From: an uncultured bacterium
GTDB taxonomy: Bacteria > Omnitrophota > Omnitrophia > Omnitrophales > JACQLI01
Assembly: GCA_964372875.1 (NCBI GenBank)
Contig: CAYJTB010000002.1
Span: 21,576-85,575 of the forward strand
Direction: 5' to 3'
Length of the DNA stretch: 64,000 bases
A program made the translations under genes and the position numbers. Below are positions 22,002-30,870 of the stretch, piece by piece (position 1 is the stretch's first letter; every line of letters starts with the position of its first letter). The notes below the pieces were generated by a model that saw only the letters and a list, made by a program, of their open reading frames with translations, was not told where the DNA came from and searched no databases.

Positions 22002-22976
22002 TTGTCCGCACCCCAAAGGACAAAACCTGTTCTTGCTGAAGAAGCCATCGGCCTCATCGGCAACACGCCGCTCGTAAAACTTAAAAGAATGGTGAAGCCG
22101 GGCTCCGCCCAAATTTTTGCCAAAATTGAATCGATGAATCCCGGCGGAAGTGTGAAGGACCGGATTTGTCTCAGCATGATTCGTGATGCGGAAGAAAAAG
22201 GCCTCCTCAAAAAAGATTCTGTGATCATTGAAGCCACGAGTGGAAACACAGGAATCGGCCTTGCCCTTATTTCTGCGGTGAGGGGCTACAAACTGATTCT
22301 TACGATGCCCGACTCCATGAGTTATGAAAGGCAATATCTTCTAAGAAGATTTGGGGCCGAGCTTGTTCTTACTCCGGCACTTGAAGGAATGAAAGGGGCC
22401 GTTGAAAAAGCCGAAGAGCTTTCAAAGAAATACAAAAATACTTTTACACCGCAACAGTTTAGTAACCCTGCAAACCCCAAAGTTCACCGCGAGACCACCG
22501 CGGAAGAAATTTGGGAAGCGCTGGACGGAAAATTCGATGCGTTTGTGGCGGGCGTCGGCACCGGAGGAACCATCACCGGATGCGGCGAGGTCTTTAAACA
22601 AAGAAATCCAAAAATTAAAATTATTGCAGTAGAACCTAAGCGTTCGCCCGTTCTTTCAGGCGGTGAGCCTGGGTATCACCGGATCCAAGGAATTGGCGCG
22701 GGTTTTGTACCTGAGGTCTTGAACCGGCGCATCATCGATCAAATTTATCAAGCAGACGATGAAGCCTCTTGGGACATGTCACTTACCTTGGCAAAAGAAG
22801 AGGGATTGTTGGTGGGCGTCTCTTCCGGCGCGGCCTGTGTTGTGGCGCTGCAAGTGGCCAGTGAACTGGGAACTGGAAAAAGTGTGGTAGTTATTTTTCC
22901 TGACACCGGCGAGCGTTACCTTACTTCTGCCGAAGAATTCACACCGCGCGAGAGCGGCGCAAAACGCACTTCATGA
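22002..22976 (+). CDS. cysK: Cysteine synthase A (O-acetylserine sulfhydrylase)
   Basis: TTG start. The PLP lysine block NPGGSVKDR, plus TSGNTGIGLA and GTGGTITG. Confidence 0.88.
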   Translation: MSAPQRTKPVLAEEAIGLIGNTPLVKLKRMVKPGSAQIFAKIESMNPGGSVKDRICLSMIRDAEEKGLLKKDSVIIEATSGNTGIGLALISAVRGYKLILTMPDSMSYERQYLLRRFGAELVLTPALEGMKGAVEKAEELSKKYKNTFTPQQFSNPANPKVHRETTAEEIWEALDGKFDAFVAGVGTGGTITGCGEVFKQRNPKIKIIAVEPKRSPVLSGGEPGYHRIQGIGAGFVPEVLNRRIIDQIYQADDEASWDMSLTLAKEEGLLVGVSSGAACVVALQVASELGTGKSVVVIFPDTGERYLTSAEEFTPRESGAKRTS

Positions 22977-22980
22977 AGCG

Positions 22981-24255
22981 ATGTCATACGTTAAGGGATT
23001 AAAATGCAGAGAGTGCAGCCGTCTTTATCCTAAAGAAGCGATCTATGTTTGCGAATACTGTTTCGGATCGCTCGAAGTTGATTACGATTATGACGCCATC
23101 AAAAAAGTCCTGAGCCGTAAAAAAATTTCTGACGGCCCTCGAAGCCTTTGGCGGTATCGCGAACTCCTTCCCATTGACGGCGACCCAACCGTAGGACTTT
23201 GGTCGGGCTTCACGCCTTTTTTCCGCGCGAAAAATCTGGCAAAGCGTCTGGGCGTTGACGAGCTCTACATTAAAGATGATTCGTCGAGCCATCCCACCTG
23301 GTCTTTTAAAGACCGCGTTGTCTCGATTGCACTTTCCAAGGCGCGCGAACTGGGTTTTGATACAGTCTCCTGCGCTTCCACCGGAAATCTTGCCCACGCT
23401 GTTGCGGCCCACGCGGCCCAAGCCGGATTCAAATGTTATATTTTTATTCCCTCGGATCTTGAACTCGCAAAAATTGTCGGCACGCTTGTTTGCGGTCCCA
23501 CACTCGTGGCGGTCCAAGGAAATTATGATGATGTGAACCGGCTATGCGCTGAAATCGCCGCCCGGTACAAATGGGCGTTTGTGAATATCAATATCCGTCC
23601 TTATTATGCGGAAGGATCCAAGACCTTCGGTTATGAGATCGCAGAACAGCTCGGCTGGCGAACACCTGACCACGTGGTGATTCCGGCAGCAAGCGGCTCG
23701 CTTCTGACAAAAATCTGGAAGGCCTTTAAGGAATTTGAAAAACTGGGGCTTCTTGAAAATTCCGTGAAGACACGTCTTCATTGCGCCCAACCGGACGGAT
23801 GTTCTCCTATCGCCAAGGCCATCTTGGAAAAATCCGAGGTGATCCGTCCTGAAAAACCCAACACGATTGCCAAATCTCTTGCGATCGGAAATCCCGCGGA
23901 CGGTTATTATGCCCGTGATGCCGTGCTACAATCGGGCGGTACCGCCGCACGTGTGAGTGATGATGAGATTCGCGAAGGGATTAAACTTTTGGCCGAGACC
24001 GAAGGTGTTTTTACAGAGACAGCGGGCGGCGTTACGGTTGCCGCAGCGAAAAAATTAATCAACGAAGGAAAAATCAACCGGAAGGAATCGATCGTTCTTG
24101 CCATCACAGGAAACGGTCTCAAGACCCAAGAGGCGATCCAAAAATCCGTGGGTTCACCCCTAGCGATCGAGGCCCACCTTTCTTCATTTGAAGAGCGCGT
24201 GATGGGAAAGTATAATGAGCAGCGTCGCGTCATTGCGAAGGAGCGAAGCGACTGA
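22981..24255 (+). CDS. Threonine-synthase-like PLP enzyme with an N-terminal zinc ribbon (possible MetM-type O-phosphohomoserine sulfhydrylase rather than a true ThrC)
   Basis: The N-terminal CRECSRLYPKEAIYVCEYCFG, the PLP lysine block HPTWSFKDR and ASTGNLA. It is followed directly by a ThiS/MoaD-like gene inside a sulfur-assimilation cluster. Confidence 0.7.
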   Translation: MSYVKGLKCRECSRLYPKEAIYVCEYCFGSLEVDYDYDAIKKVLSRKKISDGPRSLWRYRELLPIDGDPTVGLWSGFTPFFRAKNLAKRLGVDELYIKDDSSSHPTWSFKDRVVSIALSKARELGFDTVSCASTGNLAHAVAAHAAQAGFKCYIFIPSDLELAKIVGTLVCGPTLVAVQGNYDDVNRLCAEIAARYKWAFVNINIRPYYAEGSKTFGYEIAEQLGWRTPDHVVIPAASGSLLTKIWKAFKEFEKLGLLENSVKTRLHCAQPDGCSPIAKAILEKSEVIRPEKPNTIAKSLAIGNPADGYYARDAVLQSGGTAARVSDDEIREGIKLLAETEGVFTETAGGVTVAAAKKLINEGKINRKESIVLAITGNGLKTQEAIQKSVGSPLAIEAHLSSFEERVMGKYNEQRRVIAKERSD

Positions 24256-24304
24256 AGCAATCTCTTGTTGATTGCTTCGTTGGCTAACGCCTCCTCGCAA
24301 TGAC
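24229..24304. repeat. Long imperfect inverted repeat (GTCATTGCGA...TCGCAATGAC type REP-like hairpin), a possible attenuator or RNA-stability element
   Basis: The 5' arm gtcattgcgaaggagcgaagcgactgaagcaatc pairs with the 3' arm gattgcttcgttggctaacgcctcctcgcaatgac. The outer and inner segments pair and the middle forms an internal loop. The repeat overlaps the last codons of the ThrC-like gene. No U-tract follows. Confidence 0.7.
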
Positions 24305-24322
24305 TAATAAGGAGGATTCATC

Positions 24323-24607
24323 ATGCCTGTTAAAGTAAGAATTCCAACGCCCCTTCAAAAATTGACGGCCGATCAAGCGGAAGTCGATATTACTGCCAAA
24401 ACGGTGAAAGAACTTTTAGATGCATTAGAAAAGAAATATCCCGGCATCAAAGGAAGACTTTGTGACGAATCGGGCCGCGTGCGCCGGTTTGTAAACATTT
24501 ATCTCAACGAAGAAGACATCCGGTTCCTCAACCAAGAATCCACGGCACTTAAAGAGGGCGACGAGGTTTCCATCGTTCCTGCCATTGCCGGCGGAAAAAC
24601 TCTCTAA
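24323..24607 (+). CDS. ThiS/MoaD-family sulfur-carrier protein with a C-terminal GG followed by a 3-residue extension (KTL)
   Basis: The SD AAGGAGG lies upstream. The 94-aa sequence has the beta-grasp pattern ...[10 protein letters not shown]...[17 protein letters not shown]. Confidence 0.8.
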   Translation: MPVKVRIPTPLQKLTADQAEVDITAKTVKELLDALEKKYPGIKGRLCDESGRVRRFVNIYLNEEDIRFLNQESTALKEGDEVSIVPAIAGGKTL

Positions 24608-24854
24608 GATCACCGTGGCAAAAAAAGCGCTTCACCTTATCTTTCCGCAAAATCTCATCCAAGAGCCCATCATGTTCCTGGTGGCTCGCGACAACAATTT
24701 AGTCCTCAGCATTCGACGCGCGAAGATCACAGCGACCGCTGGAGAAGCGACCATCGAACTTGAAGGAAAAGAGAGCGATTTGGTCCAGGCCGAGCGCGTT
24801 TTCAAAGAAAAAGGGGTTCAGGTGAAAAGTGTTTTAGGGGACACGGTGGAATGA
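24585..24854 (+). CDS. NIL-domain (ferredoxin-fold, MetN C-terminal-like) small protein
   Basis: [46 protein letters not shown]...[12 protein letters not shown] resembles the NIL domain. The start is either ATG 24585 (overlapping the previous gene) or GTG 24615. Confidence 0.6.
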   Translation: MPAEKLSKITVAKKALHLIFPQNLIQEPIMFLVARDNNLVLSIRRAKITATAGEATIELEGKESDLVQAERVFKEKGVQVKSVLGDTVE

Positions 24855-25855
24855 AAAAAGCCGAGATCCAATCTTTAAAAGAAAAAGTTTTAGCGGGCGG
24901 TGAAATTTCTTTTGAGCAGGCTGTGGAACTTATTCAATTAAACAGCCAGGAAGAAATCCAATCCCTTTTAGAATCGGCCGACGAAATCACGCGACGGTTT
25001 AATTCCAACGAACCCGGCCTCTGTTCGCTTCTAAATGCCAAGAGTTATTTGTGCGGCGAGGACTGCGGGTTTTGCGCCCAATCCGTTCGCTTTGACACCT
25101 CGGCAGACCGGTACGGCCTGATGCATCCCGAAAAAGTTGTGGAGGCCGCAAAACGGGCGGAAAAAAATGGTGCGCAGAATTTCTGCATCGTTACAAGCGG
25201 CGCGGCACCGGGTGAAGAAGAGTTTGAAAAAATTATCGAAATTTTAAAAAAGTTATCTGAGGAATCAAAATTAAACCTTGATGCCTCGTTAGGGTTTATC
25301 ACCGAAGAACAGGCCCGGCGATTAAAAGAAGCGGGCCTCCGGCGTTTTAATCACAATCTTCAAAGCTCCCGCGAGTTTTACCCGAATATTGTTTCTACCC
25401 ATAGTTATGACACACGCATTCAAACCATTCGCGCGCTGGTCCAAGGCGGACTGGAGCTTTGTTCGGGTGGAATCCTCGGAATGGGAGAAACGCACGAAGA
25501 CCGTGTGAAGCTCGCTTTCGAATTAAAACAACACACTCCGCATTGCATCCCAGTCAACGTACTCAATCCCCGGCCCGGCACTCCGCTTGAAAACCAACCC
25601 AAGCCCGACCCGCGTGAGATTTTAAAAACCATTGCTGTCTTTCGCTTCGTCCATCCGCGCGCCAATATCAAATTAGCCGGCGGGCGTGAAATCAATCTCA
25701 CTGCGGAGGAGCAAGTCTTGGCACTGAAAGGCGGTGCCAACGGCCTCATCATGGGAGGCTACCTCACCACCGAAGGCAATCCGGTGCGGGAAGATTTTCG
25801 AATGCTGGAGGAAGCGGGCTACCAAGTTCCACAGCATGAAGCCCGTCCTTCTTAA
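24851..25855 (+). CDS. bioB: Biotin synthase (radical SAM)
   Basis: CGEDCGFCAQS is a CxxxCxxC motif, and the length and downstream blocks are typical of BioB. Confidence 0.9.
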   Translation: MKKAEIQSLKEKVLAGGEISFEQAVELIQLNSQEEIQSLLESADEITRRFNSNEPGLCSLLNAKSYLCGEDCGFCAQSVRFDTSADRYGLMHPEKVVEAAKRAEKNGAQNFCIVTSGAAPGEEEFEKIIEILKKLSEESKLNLDASLGFITEEQARRLKEAGLRRFNHNLQSSREFYPNIVSTHSYDTRIQTIRALVQGGLELCSGGILGMGETHEDRVKLAFELKQHTPHCIPVNVLNPRPGTPLENQPKPDPREILKTIAVFRFVHPRANIKLAGGREINLTAEEQVLALKGGANGLIMGGYLTTEGNPVREDFRMLEEAGYQVPQHEARPS

Positions 25856-25857
25856 GT

Positions 25858-26577
25858 TTGCTTGATCAAAAAAATATCCTCATTACCGGCGGCACCAGCG
25901 CGTTAGGAAGCGCCTTCGTCCGAAAGGCCGTTGGGGCGCACGGCCGCGTTTTTTTCACCTACCATCAGCATGAAACGCTCGCTTCCGAACTCCGCGCACT
26001 AGGCGCAGAAGGTTTTAAACTAGACCTCGCCTCTACCCCACAAATCGATGTCTTCCAAAAAGAATTCAGGGCCAAGGTCAAAATCCTTCATGTCTTAATC
26101 CACAATGCTGCGGCCACGAAAGATGCTACTGTACAAAATATGAGTGACGCCCAGTGGGATGAAGTGATGAACGTCAATCTCAAGGCACCCTATCTTTTAA
26201 CAAAAAAACTTTTGTCTCCGCTTTTTAAGGCTGATCCCGCGAAGATCTTTTTTATGATCAGCCGGGGCGCTCTTCAAGGAATCTTTGGCGCTGCTAATTA
26301 TGCGGCTTCTAAGGCAGGCCTTGTAGCGCTTACCAAATCACTGGCCCAAGAACTGGGGCGGAAAAATATTTTGGTCAATTCCGTGAACCCGGGCTTCATG
26401 AAATCGCGCATGACCGAGCCTCTCCCGCCGGAAGTTTTTGAAAAAAATATCAAAGAAAGCGTGTTGGGAAAAATCTCTAACCCCGACGAAGTCGCCGATT
26501 TTCTAATTTACCTTTCCAGTAACCACATGACCCAAGTGAGCGGCCAAATCTTCCACTTCGAGTCCCGCAAGATATGA
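25858..26577 (+). CDS. Short-chain dehydrogenase/reductase, 3-oxoacyl-ACP reductase-like (FabG-like)
   Basis: TTG start. ILITGGTSALGSAF is the Rossmann motif, and YAASKAG is the catalytic YxxxK. Confidence 0.8.
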   Translation: MLDQKNILITGGTSALGSAFVRKAVGAHGRVFFTYHQHETLASELRALGAEGFKLDLASTPQIDVFQKEFRAKVKILHVLIHNAAATKDATVQNMSDAQWDEVMNVNLKAPYLLTKKLLSPLFKADPAKIFFMISRGALQGIFGAANYAASKAGLVALTKSLAQELGRKNILVNSVNPGFMKSRMTEPLPPEVFEKNIKESVLGKISNPDEVADFLIYLSSNHMTQVSGQIFHFESRKI

Positions 26578-26582
26578 AGCGC

Positions 26583-27117
26583 GCAGAATCTCCGCCTCCG
26601 TGGGATGCTCGGTCATCAGTAAAATCTTTATCCGCTGCAGGCACGAGTCTCGTCGCCACTCGGCGGGAATCCCCCCAAGCTCCTTCGGCGCTCAATGGCT
26701 CCAGCTTTTGGAAAAGACTAAGGCTGCTTCGCCGGGGGTCCCTCGCGGTTCCGGCCTCAGAAGGCCAGCCCGCGCTTCCCCCCCGGACGAATCAGCCGAG
26801 TTTTTCCGAAAAGCCTCCGCTATTCGCGCCCTCCGGACTTGGGGAGATTCCCGAACGTATCACGGTTGCATTAGAAGCAGAATCTCCGAAACTGAGGCGG
26901 CGTAGGGGCCGTACGAGAAAAATTCGGAATCAATTTTTCTCGAGGCCCCACGAGCGGAGGACGACTCCTTGTCCGCTGACTTACCCCTCATTCATGGTTG
27001 CATCTTCCCAGAATACGTTTGCTTCCAAACCGGCCGCGTTCATTTGGCAAAATAACTTTTATGTTTTCTCATCTGTTCAATTGTCGTCCGAGCGTCCGCC
27101 GAAGGAGGAGATTCTGC
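26583..27117. other. Non-coding, GC-rich, highly self-complementary 535-nt element bounded by imperfect 18-nt terminal inverted repeats (a MITE-like insertion or a large structured RNA)
   Basis: GCAGAATCTCCGCCTCCG (26583-26600) faces CGAAGGAGGAGATTCTGC (27100-27117). There is long-range 14/15 complementarity between 26665-26679 and 26838-26852, and a hairpin at 26905-26949 with a perfect 10-bp core. No frame gives a protein-like translation. Confidence 0.6.
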
Positions 27118-27133
27118 TATCAAAGCATGTCGG

Positions 27134-28375
27134 TTGCGGAGGAGTCTCCGAAACGGCAAGGGGAGTTTGCTTGTGAATCGACGAGTTGTGATTACAGGAA
27201 TGGGGGCGGTGACGCCGGCAGGGGTGGGGATTGAGGCATTTCGAAAATCACTGCGGGAGGGCCGGTCGGGATGCGGACCCTTAACATGTTTTGACCTCAC
27301 AGGATTCAAAGTCAAAAATGCTTTCGAGATAAAAAATTTCACACCCCTTCACGGAACCCGTCTCTTGGATCCTTTTATTCAATACGCACTTTGGGCTACC
27401 AATGAAGCGGCTCAGATGGCGCAATTTGATTCTTCATCCATGGATCCTTACCGAATGGGAATTGTGGTCAGTTCCAGCAAGGGAGGGCTTCACTCTTTTG
27501 ACGCGTTTCGCCAGAGGCTTGAACGAAATCCCAGCGTCATCCTTGGCGCGCGCGTTTACTCCAACACGGTTCCGAATTTTGCCGCCCAGTGGATTGCCAG
27601 AAAATGGAAAATATCAGGACCCGCCAAATGTTATGTGACAGCTTGCGCAACGGGTACGACCTCCATTATAGAAGGCGCCCGGATGGTTCAGGAAGACCTG
27701 GTCGATTATGTTTTTGCAGGTGCAGGCGATGCCTCACTTGTTCCTTTTCTTGTGGCAGGGTATGAGCAAATGGGAGTTCTTTCACCCGAGGGAATGTACC
27801 CCTTTGACCAAAGGCGGAAAGGTTTTCTTTTAGGAGAAGGCGCGGGTGTGGTACTCCTCGAAACCCTCGAAAGCGCCGAAGCGCGCGGCGCAAAAATTTA
27901 CGGCGAGATCGCAGGCTTTGCTTACGGAAATGATTGTTACAGTCCGGTGGCCTTTGATCCCAAAGGAGATTCACTCGCCCGAACACTCAAAAAACTTTGT
28001 GATGTTTTAAAAATAAACCCTGAGGAAATCGATTATTTAAACCTTCACGGTACCGGAACCATCGATGGCGATCTTTACGAAACGAATCAAATCAAACGGG
28101 CGTTTGGAAAAAAAGCTTATGAAATTCCTACTAGCTCCACGAAGTCGATCACAGGACACATGCTTGGCGCATCCGGGGCTGTTGAAATCATCGCGTGTTG
28201 TATCGCCATGGAAGAAGGTTTTGTTCCGCCTACCGCCAATTTAGAAAAACCGGATCCCCAATGCGATTTGGATTACACACCGCTCAGGGCACGCAAGCAA
28301 AAAATCCAAACGGCGATTTCTCATTCCATGGGTTTCGGCGGACATATCGCAGCCGTTGCTCTTAGGAAAACATAA
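27134..28375 (+). CDS. Beta-ketoacyl-ACP synthase I/II-like condensing enzyme (FabF-like)
   Basis: RRVVITGMGAVTP, the active-site ACATG and the C-terminal HGTGT...GHxxGAxG blocks are present. The true start is probably TTG 27167 or GTG 27173 rather than ATG 27134. Confidence 0.85.
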   Translation: MRRSLRNGKGSLLVNRRVVITGMGAVTPAGVGIEAFRKSLREGRSGCGPLTCFDLTGFKVKNAFEIKNFTPLHGTRLLDPFIQYALWATNEAAQMAQFDSSSMDPYRMGIVVSSSKGGLHSFDAFRQRLERNPSVILGARVYSNTVPNFAAQWIARKWKISGPAKCYVTACATGTTSIIEGARMVQEDLVDYVFAGAGDASLVPFLVAGYEQMGVLSPEGMYPFDQRRKGFLLGEGAGVVLLETLESAEARGAKIYGEIAGFAYGNDCYSPVAFDPKGDSLARTLKKLCDVLKINPEEIDYLNLHGTGTIDGDLYETNQIKRAFGKKAYEIPTSSTKSITGHMLGASGAVEIIACCIAMEEGFVPPTANLEKPDPQCDLDYTPLRARKQKIQTAISHSMGFGGHIAAVALRKT

Positions 28376-29518
28376 ATGGAAAGCCTCCTTACCACAGAAT
28401 TAAAAGAAATTCGCTTGAAGGGACTCTACCGGAAATTAAAAACGCTTTCTCCCGGCCAAGGCGCCCATGCCGTTTGGCGAGGAAGAGATCTCCTTTTATT
28501 TTGCGGAAATGATTATTTGGGTTTAAGCCGGCACCCTCGTGTTATTCAAGCCGCCCAGGAAACCCTTGAAAAATATGGCATTGGCGCCGGTGCCGCTCGT
28601 TTGATCTCCGGCACAAGCGATTTGCACAGCCAATTGGAAGAGGAACTCGCCCGCTTCAAATCAAAAGAGCGAGCGCTCCTTTTCGGTTCAGGTTATCTGA
28701 CCAATCTTGGAGTCTTGAGTGCCGTTGCCGGAAAAGAAGATCTCATTGTGATGGATAAACTTTGCCACGCCTCACTCATTGACGGGGCCAGACTCTCCGG
28801 CGCCATCATCCGAGTGTTTCCTCACAGAGACTATTCAAAGTGTAAGGAGATTTTAGAAAAAAGCCCCGAGTTTCGCAGGAAAATTCTTGTCTCCGACACT
28901 ATTTTTAGTATGGAGGGTGACCAAGCAGATTTAGAAGAACTTATTCAGATCAAAAATAAGTATAAGTGCCTTCTTGTGGTTGATGATGCGCATGGCGTAG
29001 GAGTCTTCGGCCCGACGGGCAGAGGACTCACCGAGGGAAAAGAAAAAGAAATCGACGTCATTGTGGGGACGCTTTCAAAGGCCTTCGGAGTTTTTGGGGG
29101 TTTTGCCGCAGCCTCTCGAACCCTCGTCGAATATTTCATTAATTTCTCGAGGTCTTTTATTTTTGCGACCGCACCGCCGCCGCTCGTCGCGGCCGCTGGT
29201 TTAGAGGCGCTTCATCTCATTCAAGAGGATCCATCTCTGCGTCAGAAGCTTTGGCGCAATATAGAACAAGTAAAAAAATTTCTCAAACCCCGGAATTTTT
29301 CATTTGAAAAAGCATCGCCTATTTTTCCAATTGTTTTAGGAGATGAGAAAAAAGCCGTAGAAGTTTCAGAGACACTTTTGGAACATGGAATCCTCATCCC
29401 CCCCATTCGGTACCCTTCCGTTCCAAGAGGTAAAGCAAGGCTGCGATTAACGTTAAGCGTCTCCCACACGGAAGAAGATTTGGAACAACTCTTCGAAGTA
29501 CTCCATAAAGTTTTATGA
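28376..29518 (+). CDS. bioF: 8-amino-7-oxononanoate synthase
   Basis: Alpha-oxoamine synthase blocks: NDYLGL, VVDDAHG, and GTLSKAFG with the PLP lysine. Confidence 0.88.
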   Translation: MESLLTTELKEIRLKGLYRKLKTLSPGQGAHAVWRGRDLLLFCGNDYLGLSRHPRVIQAAQETLEKYGIGAGAARLISGTSDLHSQLEEELARFKSKERALLFGSGYLTNLGVLSAVAGKEDLIVMDKLCHASLIDGARLSGAIIRVFPHRDYSKCKEILEKSPEFRRKILVSDTIFSMEGDQADLEELIQIKNKYKCLLVVDDAHGVGVFGPTGRGLTEGKEKEIDVIVGTLSKAFGVFGGFAAASRTLVEYFINFSRSFIFATAPPPLVAAAGLEALHLIQEDPSLRQKLWRNIEQVKKFLKPRNFSFEKASPIFPIVLGDEKKAVEVSETLLEHGILIPPIRYPSVPRGKARLRLTLSVSHTEEDLEQLFEVLHKVL

Positions 29519-30870
29519 GAACAAGACACCTCAAGCAACTCGACAAGAAATATATTTGGCATCCCTTTACGCAAATGGCGGATTGGCAAAAAGAAGACGT
29601 CCTGATTATTGATCGGGCCAAAGGAAATTATTTGATTGATACAAAAGGCAAACGCTATTTGGACGGTGTATCCTCTCTTTGGTGCAACGTTCACGGGCAC
29701 CGGGTAAAAGAAATCGACCACGCCATCAAAAAACAATTGGAAAAAGTAGCACACAGCACTTTTCTCGGGCTTTCCAATGTCCCGGCCATTGAACTCGCCG
29801 AAAAATTAATTTTGATTGCACCGAAAGGACTCACACGGGTTTTTTATTCGGACTCGGGGTCCGAGGCCATGGAAATTGCTCTCAAGATGGCTTACCAATA
29901 TTGGCAGCAAAAAGGAAAAAAGAAGAAGACAAGGTTTCTACGCTTAAGCAATGCTTATCATGGAGACACATTGGGTGCGGTGAGTGTGGGAGGGATCGAA
30001 CTCTTTCATCAAACTTATCGCCCGCTTCTTTTTAAAACCTTCGAGGCGCCGAGTCCCTATGTTTACCGCTGGCCCGCGAAAGGCCGCACAGGGTCGCGCG
30101 AAGAAGTGATGGAAGAGTCTCTAGCCGCACTCGAATCTATCCTGAAAAAACATTCTTCAGAAATCGCCGCACTGGTGATGGAGCCTTTGATACAGGGAGC
30201 GGCCGGCATGATCGATCAACCGAGGGGTTATATTTCAGGAGCGCGAAAACTGACCTTGAGGTACAATACCCTCTTGATTTTTGACGAAGTAGCCACAGGA
30301 TTTGGTCGTACAGGACGGATGTTTGCGTCAGATCACGAAAGGGTGACTCCGGACATTATGGCCGTTGCCAAAGGGCTCACAGGAGGTTATCTCCCACTTG
30401 CGGCAACTCTAACCAAGGAAAACGTTTACAAGGAATTTCTTGGCGACTACTCCGAATTCAAAACTTTCTTTCACGGCCACACTTATACGGCCAATCCGCT
30501 TGCTTGCCGGGCGGCCCTCGCCAACCTCAAAATTTTCCGCACGAAAAAAACGCTTGAGAAATTGCAGGATAAGATCGATCTCTTAAGGAACAGATTGAGT
30601 AGCTTTTCAAATCTCGAACACGTCGGAGACATTCGCCAAACAGGCTTTATGGCCGGAATCGAACTCGTAGAAGATCGCGCTACAAAAAAATCATATCCTG
30701 CGGAACAAAAAATAGGCATCCGTGTGACCCGCGAAGCGCGCAGACGCGGGGTGATTTTACGGCCCTTAGGAAATGTCATCGCCCTCATGCCGCCTCTTGC
30801 GATTACAACCAAGGAACTTCATCAATTGCTAGACGTTACCTGCGAATCCATTAAAACGGTAACCCAATGA
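29515..30870 (+). CDS. bioA: Adenosylmethionine-8-amino-7-oxononanoate aminotransferase
   Basis: Class-III aminotransferase blocks: YSDSGSEAME, IFDEVATGFGRTG and AKGLTGGY. The start overlaps bioF by 4 nt. Confidence 0.9.
   Translation: MRTRHLKQLDKKYIWHPFTQMADWQKEDVLIIDRAKGNYLIDTKGKRYLDGVSSLWCNVHGHRVKEIDHAIKKQLEKVAHSTFLGLSNVPAIELAEKLILIAPKGLTRVFYSDSGSEAMEIALKMAYQYWQQKGKKKKTRFLRLSNAYHGDTLGAVSVGGIELFHQTYRPLLFKTFEAPSPYVYRWPAKGRTGSREEVMEESLAALESILKKHSSEIAALVMEPLIQGAAGMIDQPRGYISGARKLTLRYNTLLIFDEVATGFGRTGRMFASDHERVTPDIMAVAKGLTGGYLPLAATLTKENVYKEFLGDYSEFKTFFHGHTYTANPLACRAALANLKIFRTKKTLEKLQDKIDLLRNRLSSFSNLEHVGDIRQTGFMAGIELVEDRATKKSYPAEQKIGIRVTREARRRGVILRPLGNVIALMPPLAITTKELHQLLDVTCESIKTVTQ

Noticed and set aside
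26574-27176. A 200-aa ORF (and 26600-26905, 101 aa) fills the gap in the bio operon.
   Set aside because: The translation is Arg/Pro/Ser-rich with no recognisable fold or motif, and there is no SD. The DNA is dominated by inverted repeats. I treated it as a non-coding element instead.
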